DNA from: Lobosporangium transversale
Lineage: Eukaryota
Assembly (NCBI RefSeq): GCF_002105155.1
Contig: NW_019029020.1
Coordinates: 357,493-377,492 of the forward strand
Direction of reading: 5' to 3'
Length of the DNA stretch: 20,000 nucleotides
The notes under the pieces were generated by a model. It did no database searches and was not told where the DNA came from. It worked only from the letters and a program-made list of their open reading frames with translations. This document shows, piece after piece, positions 8,511 to 18,590 of the stretch; position 1 is the stretch's first letter, and each line of letters starts with the position of its first letter. The position numbers were made by a program, and so were the translations under genes.

Positions 8511-11500
8511 TTATTGCTCACGGTCCGTCATTTGGTTTGGTTGCTGTTGCTGCTTAAGCTGTTGCTTCTTTTCCGCTGCTGCAATGCGATTGATCTCCTC
8601 CTCCAGTTTATCAATCTTAATCCATCCCACAGCCCCATCCTGAACTGGTTCAAGCATGACCCAGCCACTCTCTTGGCCAGTCGTATGCTCAATGCATGTC
8701 CATGGGAATACTTCATCCAATGACTCCTCGGTCCTTGTCAAAAGATCCTTGCGTACCACACCTGGTGGCAACTTCTTCTTCTTTGTCAAATTGCTGCTAC
8801 TCAAATTGCTATTAGTGATTCCCGCTCCGGACGCGGGGTGATAAGACGTCGACACTCGATTTGCCTTCTTTGCTACGACTGGTTTTGGTTTCGATCCAAA
8901 TAATCGGCTTTTCTTTTGTGACTTCGCAGCTGCTACCGCTGGATTGGGTAAAAAGCCCTTGGGGTCCCTATCTATGATAGGGTTTCGTATCAAAGACGAG
9001 GAAGACGAGGAAGACGATGAACCAGCATTACTCGCAGTTGTAATTTGTTTGCCAGATTTCATGATCTCCTTACCATCTGATGAGGTCGATCCTGTTGCTG
9101 ACGGTGTTGCCGATAATCTGCCGGATATATTCTTCTGAGGCTTGCCTGGGTCTGACTTAACGTAAGGTGGAGGCGCCCTGTTAATAAACCCGTTATTGCT
9201 CTTACTGTGGTCCCAATCGGAAGGACGTGGGTAAGGCAACAGCTTTGGCGAGAGCGTCGATGTTGTTGAGACTGCACCCGTAATTGGAGACTTCGCCATG
9301 ACTGGGGTCGTCGTCAAAGGTTTTGATGTCGAGGATCGTGCCTTTGGAGCCGTCGCATTCTGGCCGATATTCGAGAGCCTTGATTGCAGTACTGGCTGGG
9401 TAGACCCAGCAGAGAAGGATCCAGTTGCGATAATAGTCGCTTGGCCATTCCCATCGGTAGAGCCTGCTTTCAGAGCTGCTAACGCCTTGGGATCTTTGGC
9501 GAGGGCCATGAAGCTCTGCCTTGCTGCTTTCATTGCGGCTTCTCTCTGCGCACGGCTTGGGCCTGGATCTGTATCTCGACTATGCCCATGACCTACGATC
9601 GCCTCCGATGTATGGTCCCCTGATGTTGTCGTGTTCGTCCCAATTCTGGACATTCGTTTCTGGTGGAGACCCGTCAGATACTGTTCCGGCTCAGAGAAAA
9701 AATCTGATTTGAAACCTGATTCTGAAAACGAATCCCACTGTAACTGGTAATAGAGCTTACCATCCTTCAAAAGCGTAGCAGTCGAGAATCGGTACTCTCG
9801 TTCGCCAGCCTTCTTGGGATCTGTTGTTGAGGATTGGAGACCGTCCTTTTTGGAACTATCCTTTACAGATCCGCTATCATCTGTAGTATATGAACTCTCA
9901 GACAGGGTCCGTTCACTCGCACTCCGATGTGGGCTACGTTCGTCAGATGCTGTTACGGTCTTGCTTCTTCGACGCTGTTGCTTAGTATTGACATTACCGG
10001 GACTGGTTCCTTTGGGAGGACCAACTCCTAGATGATCTGTACTTGTCGCAGGGACTGGTAATGAATCTTGAGCTGCACGTCTCCAACTTCCTAAGGTGCT
10101 CGATCCAGAATTGGAGCGCGCATGAAGCATTGTAGCAGGCGCAGATGTAGGAGGCAGATTGTCCTCTGAACTGCCCGCATTGGATATGCCAGTATTGCCC
10201 AAAAAGCTGAGTTCAAGGCGGGGAGGCTGGATTGAAAATGATGGAGGTGGTGGGGGTGGTGGAGGTGGCGGGGAACCTCCTACGACTTGATTATTCGTCT
10301 TGGAAGATTTGAGCTGCTCCTCACTTGGCTTTGAGCGAAGCTTGTAAGAAAGCGCACGGATAAATCCCGCGGCCTTGGACTTGCTTTCAGAGCTATGTGA
10401 AGATGCTGAAGAGGATCCAACAACTTGTTGAAGAGGAGTTGTAGACGCCGAATGCTGATTGGGCTGGCTCCTACTATTAGATCGACTAACAGGCTGGGAC
10501 TGTATTGGTGAAGAAGTACCGCTTTGACCACCCTTTGTGCTAGGAGACTTTTTATGAGTATCTTTATATTGGTATAGACCTTGAGTGTAGCCCGGAGGCG
10601 GAGAAATTGGCTGTTCAGAAAGGCTCTCTTGGAATTTGGATTTGTGGGGAAGAGGCGCGATGGGAGTAAAGTGTACGCTAACTTCGCCATCTTTGGGACG
10701 AGAGACAACTTCGGGCTTGTATTCATCACTGGATGATGAAGACTGGGAGATAATGGAGGCGTTTGAGGAATTGGGAGCAGATGTAAGCTCATTTGTATTT
10801 CCAACTGATAATTTCTTTGAGTGAAGGCCATCATTAGCCCCTAGCTTAGCATTCGTCTTTGCGGACTTGGCGATGGTTTTGGAATAGGATCGTCCAAGGC
10901 CCTGTGAAGCGCTCCTTGAAGGGATCGCAGGTCTTTCCAGATCCTGCGACGCTGATTCAAACGAAAAAGTGGAACTGGTAGGAGATGGAATACTCTGGTC
11001 TTCGTCATTTTTAACCTGCAACAACTGCGTACGAATATCCTCAGCAACCTGAGATCGCTCTGCCTGGACTGCCAGCTCTCGTGTAAGGATTTCCTGTCGG
11101 AGTTCATTTGGTTTCTTGTGTACTCGGCCATGCATAGTGTGTGGATCCAGTGAAACTGAACGGCGTAGAAGAGAGCTTCGTTTGGCACGTTGAGGGCTCA
11201 TAGAAGGGGAGGCATGGTCCAGAACAATACGGACCTTTGCGCTTGCAGACTGCTGCGTTGAGGATAATGGGGACAAAAATGGAGACGAGCTAGCGTCAGT
11301 CTGGCCTTGCTGTAGGGCAGATGCTGAATTTGATGAACGCTTTGAGGGAACTCCCGAGATCATAGGTGATGGTGGGGCTTGTCCTACTTTGGTTGATGCG
11401 CTGTCAATGCTACTGATGCTGTTGGATCGATAGATACTCGTGCACTGTGAGGGAGATGAGGACGGCAACTCCTCTGCATGAAGGGCATCCATCTTTGTAA

Positions 11501-13109
11501 AGTCCCAATCTAGATCACCTGCAAAGTCCGGAGCAAGTCCTTCAAGAGATGGCTCTGGTTCTGATTCGTAACCATCTGTGGACGTATCAACAGGCAACAT
11601 GTATAGACTCTCCACATCGCCCACGGAAGAACGACGACGATTCCTATCTGCGGGGCGCAACAACTGCGAGTTCCTTGATTGGCGGCGAAGATAACTTAAA
11701 TGGGCCTGATCTTGCATAATCTCTTCGTATTCTTGGTCATAAAAGGGTAATTGTGTTATTGGTCCTGAGCGTGTCGAGTTGGACTTTGCTAGAGAATGCG
11801 GTGATGCGGATCGTGGAGTGGCTGCAGGGTCATAGACCCCGCTGCCAGAGCGATTAAGGGAGCCAGTGGTGGGTCCAACCTCATTCCTTTGGCGTGCGCT
11901 CTTCACCTTACGAGTGATATTATCAACATAACGGTTTTCGTCGATATCGTCTTCTTGTTCAATCTTTGCCAGGTCGTGAGTGGTTTTGATACGAAGGAAA
12001 GCACGAAGTAAGTCCTCACAGGCAGCACCCCACAAATTACGCTGCTGTAAAGATGCATCAAAAGTTGAAAACTGCTCTGGCTCGGCCATGATACTGAGCG
12101 AGATGGCCTTGGCAACGGTGACAAGTGTCATATTGTTGAGATGGGCGAGCAATGTGACATCTGCGCAAAGTGAGAAGAGGTCTAGTAGGATAGCACGATT
12201 GGTCGGCGGCAAGCCACGCACAAAGCAACTGAAGCTTCGGTCTAAAGAACAAAATAAAAATCTCTTTCATGAATCAATCACACTACGAGAACGAAGAGAA
12301 GAGCAACCTTTCATTCCTCCCGTTGGTCGCATTGACAGCACTCCTGCGTTGAACTAAGAAATTAAAAAAAAGCTTTGTCCTGACAGCAAATATCCGGGTG
12401 TTTATCCTTACCTTGATCAAGATAAAGTGTCTGATAATCTGTATATTTAACTAGGGTTTCTTCTGAGCTACGGATAGCCCATTTCATAGCATGAGCTACC
12501 AAATGAATGTCAACTCGATGTAGTGGCGAAAGCTCTGTGCTGGCATCATCGTCCAAGATCATCCGTATCGTATCCATGACCACTTTCTGATTGTAGCCCA
12601 TCTGAACCTGGCGAAGGATCCCCTTCGTGGTCAGACCTAGATGGGTATTGAACAACCCATGTGAGGAAATGTATGAAAAAATGTGAGTTCGTCAGGCCAT
12701 GAAGATTAAAATAAGAAATAAAAAAACTAAGTGAGTAACACTCACCTCGCTCGCGAATCTCTCTGACACAGCGCTTGACAACCACCAATGTCATTTCCAT
12801 TGAGAGCTCTGTCAGGTCTCCGTCGTCTGTAAAGACCTTTGCCATCAGTGTCTTTTTTTGGACACTCTTTGCCCGTCGCAAGTTACCGTTGCTACTAGAT
12901 GACCGTAAAAGTGTGCCTTGTCGTGAAATAGATGAATGAGATGAGCTAATGCCCTGAAATTCTATTGTCCTTCCATTTGGATTCCCATTGTTTGCTGTGC
13001 TGCTGCTGCTTCCGCTGGATGCAAGATTACTGTTTGCGCTGGTACTACTGCCGGTGCCTTTGAACTGCTCTCGTAAGTTCTTGGCACTAGAAACTAAGCG
13101 CAGAGACAT
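8511..13109 (-). CDS. RhoGAP-domain protein with long Ser/Pro-rich tail, 1439 aa; exons 13109-12746, 12636-12412 and 12241-8511
   Basis: Two phase-1 GT-AG introns join three ORFs in frame (4320 nt). RhoGAP hallmarks are VVKRCVREIRERGLTTKGILR (arginine-finger position), HLVAHAMKWAIR, LPPTNRAILLDLF and NNMTLVTVAKAI. Confidence 0.85.
12242..12411 (-). other. Spliceosomal intron 2 of the RhoGAP gene (GT-AG, 170 bp)
   Basis: CAAG|GTAAGG donor and TTCTTTAG acceptor; splicing gives YLDQ-D-RSFSCFVRGLPP. Confidence 0.9.
12637..12745 (-). other. Spliceosomal intron 1 of the RhoGAP gene (GT-AG, 109 bp)
   Basis: GAG|GTGAGT donor and CATCTAG acceptor; splicing gives REIRER-G-LTTKGILR. Confidence 0.9.
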
Positions 13110-14196
13110 GGTTGCTCAAAATGTGCTGGTTTATATACTGCTCCTTTTCTTGCTTTGCGTTGCTGTGCACAGTTGTTGTTGTTTGTGTTTTTTTTTTTAT
13201 TCAGTGCAACTAAGCAGTTTGAATGCAGGGCTGGTTTCTTGTTCTCTTTCTTTTTTAGTTAAGGAAACTTGAAAGAAAGGAGAACTCTTGTCTTTGAAGC
13301 TCAAAGTTAAAAAAAAAAGAGAGAGAGAGAAAAAAAAGAAATAAAGATGAACCTGTTGAAGGAGCAGAAAAAAGAGTGGAAAAGGCGTAGGTAGGGGTGG
13401 GGATGAAGAGATGAAAAGGAAGGGTAAACAATAAAGAGGTTGGTTGAGTTTATGTTTGTCTGGTATAGATGGCACGCCAAGCAAGGTTAATAAGTGGGTG
13501 AAATTGAGCCGCGGAATGAGAGCATCAGATTTGACCAGACAGGGGACAACAACAAACGAAGTTAATAGATTAAAATAATTATTATATCGGGTCAGTTATC
13601 ACATTAATCGGAGCAGCATGCCATTCAGAGCGAGCGGATCAAAATGACCCCCACATTGGATGACAAGACAGCCAAGGCAAGTCAAAGAGAGAGAGTGTGT
13701 GTTAGTTGGAATCAATAGTATATATAACAAATAAATTAATGATAAAAGGGGGTTCAAATCGGAAAAATAACCACAATGGTGAATGCGATGTGATTCGTGG
13801 TTAGTGGTTAATTGTCATTAGCATGGGATGGTTTTACAGACCCGACATGAGAACGCGGCAGAAAAGATTCATGGATTTAATCCGGTAAGAAAGAGGACAA
13901 AAAAAAAAAAAAATACGTGGTTAGCTGAAGGACAAAGTAATGTTCAAAGGATTAACAAAGGACTTCGGGTTGCAAATGACAGGCACACACATGCGCAAGG
14001 TTTTGTGGTCCAAGAATTGTCTGAATGAGAAATTGTTGAAAACGTGCAAAGTAGCTCGTCGTAAAAAATTGTGTGAAACAAGGAACATTGATTATGACCG
14101 AGAGAACCAAAACAAATCAGAGGCAAAGGGATGTGACACATGCGACGGATGGACTACATGCTGTTAATGTGTTACAAACTACACGTGTTTATAGAT

Positions 14197-14239
14197 ATGA
14201 ACATGAATATGAAAATGAAAATGGAATCTGAACATGAAG
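14197..14239 (+). repeat. Degenerate hexamer microsatellite (ATGAAN)n
   Basis: atgaac atgaat atgaaa atgaaa atggaa tctgaac atgaag. Confidence 0.75.
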
Positions 14240-15557
14240 AAATACTAAAAGACGATTCATGTCTCAATGGGTAAGCGAGTGAAAAAGGCTTTTCTTTAAA
14301 ATTAGCAACAAATGAGGGTTTCGGAATGATCCTCCTTCAGGAAAAGTGCACCATGCTATTGATGGAACGATGGGATGCAAGTGACTAGTTAATTACCTTT
14401 CTTTCTTTTGTGTTATGCTCTATCAGCTACATGTAGAGGATTTGTTGGATCACCTCGATGTATCAATTGTTCGAAAGGGTACTATCGATACTGAATTGTC
14501 CAGAAATTTAGAAACATAATGATTAGCAAAAATGTCAGGGGTCAATAATGCTCAACAGTCTAGAATCATTACTCCAACGGCATAGAGGATCTCACAGTCG
14601 GATGAGAAGGAAAAAGTTATTCGTAGACAAATTTGAAGGGAAAATAAGCACAGACTGATGTTTTTCAGTGCACTGCTGAAGAATGTATATATGACAGTCG
14701 ACGAACGACTATGCCTCTTGATCTGCCTGTACATGTTACTCAGGCAGGCGTTTAATACCTACAGTGATCTTGTTTTAGATCGTAACCTAACAGTCCTGCC
14801 AATGTTGGAGCAGGTAAAAAAGTTCGAATCGACACAAATCAAACTTGAAGTATATATTTCTACAATGGATAAATAAGTTGAAAAAGTGAGGATCATACAA
14901 AATGAAATGGGGTCAAGAAGAGGAAGTATTATTTATGAGCGAAATAAAAGAAAAATAAGATTTGCCATGCTCTCCTTTTTTCCTGTGGGCGAAAGGGTTG
15001 CAAATATTTACCCTTGCAATATCAGTTCTTCATGTTTACACAGCTCAACCAAACATTTTATTTCTCCAGAAAGGCTGAACGTCAATCTTTTTTTTTTTTT
15101 TTTTTTTGCGACTGAATTGTATTGATGAATAGGACCATCTGAATATGGAAACCCTGCTTTTGGTAAAAAAAAAAAATAAAAAAAAAAAAGTGTATATATA
15201 TACAAGTGTGAGAATCTGGGGTCTAAATCTGTCTCCTTAAAAAGTAAAGATCACAAGAACTATACCGGCTCCCATGCCCATTTGCCAGTTGCTGCAATTT
15301 AGCCTCATCGCTCAAATGTATTTATAATATCACGTATTTTTGTATCCATCAGTTTCTCACAGCATTCAGTTGTGCTCTTTGATTTCAAATGGTCCCATAC
15401 CAAAGATATTTTTGTTGCAGAGGACAAACAATCGCCACATGGCAGTTTTTCCTTTGTAATATAGCGATACAGAAATACAAGGCTACAAAGGTTTATTCCA
15501 GACAACAGAGATGTTGTGATCAACAAAGCTGTAGTCTGTTTTCCTTTTTATTTTTGG

Positions 15558-16787
15558 CTAGTTATAGACATAGAATAATTGAATGTTCAAATCTGAAACA
15601 ACTTCAAACCTCATCCTGCCCTGCGGTCCTGCTTGTACATTCAGAAACTCTCCATCGACACAAAGACGACCCACCCCGGAAGATTCAAATTCAACAGCCT
15701 TAACTTTGTAGTACTCTACTTTTTCCATCTCAATATGCTTTCCTTCCTTGGCTGCAGCGCCCAGTATCTTCAAAATTTGAGTACGACCTACATTCTGGAC
15801 AGCCAACACATCCAGCCATTCGTCAGACGTCCTTGCAAGTGGTGTCGGTTGAAACCCTGTCTCCAGTGAGCCCTGCTTTGTGAACATAAGATATGTAAAT
15901 GGTCCTGATAGCGTCAATGAAGGCTCAGTTGAGACAACGCGGCTGTTAACATGGGTAGCTGAAGAAAATTCCTTTGAGGATCGATCGTATCGCTGAACAG
16001 GACCATAGAAATCCACACGCGCCCTGTACTGCTTTAGTATAACAATATTCTTGAGAGTGGCAACCTTAAATCGTTCATTACCTAGAAAACGAAATCCGTC
16101 GGCATCATGCACTGTTGCGCAATGGAGGCCGAAGCTGTTGACAACGACTGTGTACACATGAGGCTCCCAGCGGGGAGGTACGGACGAGAGTAAATGCCCA
16201 TTGTTATTGTTCGCCGAATCCGTTTTTACAGCTTCATGTGCTTGCTTGGAGACTTGAATAACACGTAATGGTGTAGAATTACCAGCGAGGAACCGGTCGA
16301 CCGCAGTTTGAACTGTAGTAATATTTAGACTTGTTGCGATAGCATTCCCTGTTCCTGTTGGTACCACCGAGAGTACTACCTTGGGTCTGAATACATCTGT
16401 GATCAATGGACTTTCTACCAAGCCAGTAAGGATACCATTCACTATCTCATGTACGGTCCCATCTCCGCCTAACACCATGATACGGAGCGTTGCACTCGAG
16501 GAGTGTACTGCTGATGAGGTAGCATGGACTTCTTCAGAACCACCAGTATGGGTGCTCCTAATGCCAAAAGATTGCGCAAGCTCAATAAGGATTTGTTGGA
16601 TGTTCTCTTTAAAGTAGCTTTGGGCGTGACCATGATGGGTAGTTTCGATCAAGTAAAACGTAGTGCTTGACTGATCAAGTGCAGGCCGGACCACCTTATT
16701 AAACTGATCTTGACCCTGTTTTCGTCCTGCAAAGGGATTAAACACCACCAACAAGGGAAATTTGTCATATGTAAATAATATTCCCAT
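15558..16787 (-). CDS. Diacylglycerol/sphingosine kinase family (DAGK_cat) lipid kinase, 409 aa, intronless
   Basis: Motifs are VVFNPFAG, ETTHHGHA, VLGGDGTVHEIVNG, VPTGTGNAIA and LCVDGE. Start placed at ATG 16787 because the upstream ORF extension has a non-ATG start and crosses a poly(T) tract. Confidence 0.9.
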   Translation of the reverse strand: MGILFTYDKFPLLVVFNPFAGRKQGQDQFNKVVRPALDQSSTTFYLIETTHHGHAQSYFKENIQQILIELAQSFGIRSTHTGGSEEVHATSSAVHSSSATLRIMVLGGDGTVHEIVNGILTGLVESPLITDVFRPKVVLSVVPTGTGNAIATSLNITTVQTAVDRFLAGNSTPLRVIQVSKQAHEAVKTDSANNNNGHLLSSVPPRWEPHVYTVVVNSFGLHCATVHDADGFRFLGNERFKVATLKNIVILKQYRARVDFYGPVQRYDRSSKEFSSATHVNSRVVSTEPSLTLSGPFTYLMFTKQGSLETGFQPTPLARTSDEWLDVLAVQNVGRTQILKILGAAAKEGKHIEMEKVEYYKVKAVEFESSGVGRLCVDGEFLNVQAGPQGRMRFEVVSDLNIQLFYVYN

Positions 16788-17248
16788 AGTAATTGAAAGC
16801 AAGGTAGAAGACAAAAAAAAAAAAAAAAAAAAAGTGTGAATGTGTGATGTGAATGTGTGCGCTTTAGGGAAAGCGATGATGTTAAATGAGAAGAAACTGA
16901 TGTGTAGATGCAATGAAATGTAATGAAAAGGGTGCAAATGCCTAGCTGGCAGATAGACCCTGTTTCAATCCAAAAATGATAAGAAAGCCGGTAATGGCTG
17001 TCAATATGCTGAATGCTCATGGAAACAGATATCGTTGTGCATCCTTGTTGTGATCATAGTCCTTCAATATGCAATATGCAGATCCTCTGTTTGATCAATC
17101 TGCAATATATGACTCCTTCATGCCCATTGTACCTTGTCTTCGGGATAGAAAAGAAACGTTCATTATTGATATGATAAAAATATACAAGGTTATCTCTGTT
17201 ATGTTATATGTCAATGAATATATCCAGCGCTTTTTTCCTTCTATATGT

Positions 17249-18504
17249 TTAAATTTTAAGAAGGAGCTTTCCGGTGGTCTTGCGTCCTTCCAGATCATCA
17301 TGAGCCTGCTTGACATCCTGGATAGGGTAAATCTTGTGGATTTCAAAGTTGAGCTTGCCCTCCGCCACTAATTTGAACAAGTCTGTGGTCAGAGCATCAA
17401 ACTCTTCACGTGTTGTAATGTACTGGAACAAAGTTGGGCGCATCAGGCGGATGTTCTTCTCTGCTAGACGCATAATATTCACCGGTGGAACGGCACCACT
17501 CGCGTTTCCAAACGAAATGACTGTTCCAAGACGACGAACAGCCTTCAGACTCACGTCAAAGGTGGCAGCGCCCACACCATCAAGAACCACATGAACGCCC
17601 TTGTTATCCGTGAGCTCATTGACCTTTTCAATTAAAGCATCGTATCCATTTGAGTAGTCAACAACATAGTCAGCGCCATTTTCTTTCGCAAGTTTAGCCT
17701 TGGTCTCATTAGAGGTTGTGCCAATGACATTGGCTCCTAGAAGTTTGCACATCTGACAGAGAAGAAGGCCGACGCCACCGGCGGCAGCATGGATCAAGAC
17801 CCAGTCGCCTTTCTCAACTTTATATGCCTGACGCACCAAGGACCAAGCTGTCAATCCCTGGATGAGAAGAGCTGCACCCTTTAAAAGCAAAATTCAAAAT
17901 ATCCGTTCAATCATAATTGAAAAGTATGAAATAAAAATGTGAGCATGTTTTTCATCATTTCCCACGGTTCAATGATGGAAAATTAAGATATTTTTTCCCA
18001 TACCTGCTCCAGAGAGATATTATCGGGCAGCTTTGCCAAGGTGGTCGTAGAAACTGCATCATATTCAGCGTAACTTCCAGGGCCCAAGAATGCGACGCGG
18101 TCTCCAACCTTGAAGTCACCTTTGGCTTCAGGACCAACCTCGACGATCTTACCAGATCCCTCACGCCCAAGAATGAAGGGCATGGTCTGAGGGTAGAGTC
18201 CGCCACGTTGATAAGTGTCAATGAAGTTCACGCCAGCATACGAGACCTTGACAAGGACTTGATCGGGCTTCGGAGTGGGCTTGTTGACGGGTACCCACGC
18301 AAGGATAGAGCTGTCGCCATGTTTTGGAATCTGAACTGCATGCATGGACGTCGACATGGTGCGGATCAATAACCTGTAGCCAATGCGTGAAGAGATGGGA
18401 GAAATTAGACGTGAAGGTGGTGTACAAGTGACAGATGTAGTGAATGCTGCTGAGTAAGACGAGAAAGAAGAAGAAAGACAGAAATGTCGAAAGGAGCGGA
18501 GCAT
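17249..18504 (-). CDS. ZTA1: NADPH:quinone oxidoreductase, zeta-crystallin-like (MDR superfamily); exons 18504 (or 18357)-18004 and 17878-17249; 376 aa (327 aa from the second ATG)
   Basis: Motifs are YAGVNFIDTYQRGGLYP, PFILGREGSG, HAAAGGVG (nucleotide binding), SFGNASG and LEGRKTTGKLLL. The exons join in phase 0 (SLEQ|GAALLIQGLTAW). The symbol reflects family-level likeness to yeast ZTA1 and E. coli qor. Confidence 0.92.
17879..18003 (-). other. Spliceosomal intron of the quinone oxidoreductase gene (GT-AG, 125 bp, AAG acceptor)
   Basis: CAG|GTATGG donor and TTTTAAAG acceptor; removal restores a continuous QOR sequence. Confidence 0.88.
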
Positions 18505-18590
18505 TATGCAATAGATCAAGCAGGCAAATGAGAAGTGAATGCTTTATTCAACTCTGACATTATTCAGGATGTTTGAAATTTTATGGACAT

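Noticed and set aside
8499..12357. Antisense and alternate-frame ORFs overlapping the RhoGAP gene
   Set aside because: They are short shadows of a long Ser/Pro-rich CDS and show no motifs. The same applies to those overlapping the other genes (e.g. 4212-4655 and 17334-17594).
13828..15526. Intergenic ORFs of 60-80 aa (e.g. Cys-containing 13940-14167 and 14658-14876)
   Set aside because: No domain or metal-binding pattern that I can support, several cross homopolymer tracts, and the lengths are at chance level.
16788..16937. 50-aa N-terminal extension of the lipid kinase
   Set aside because: Non-ATG start, and it translates a poly(T) tract (poly-Phe); it looks like 5' UTR.
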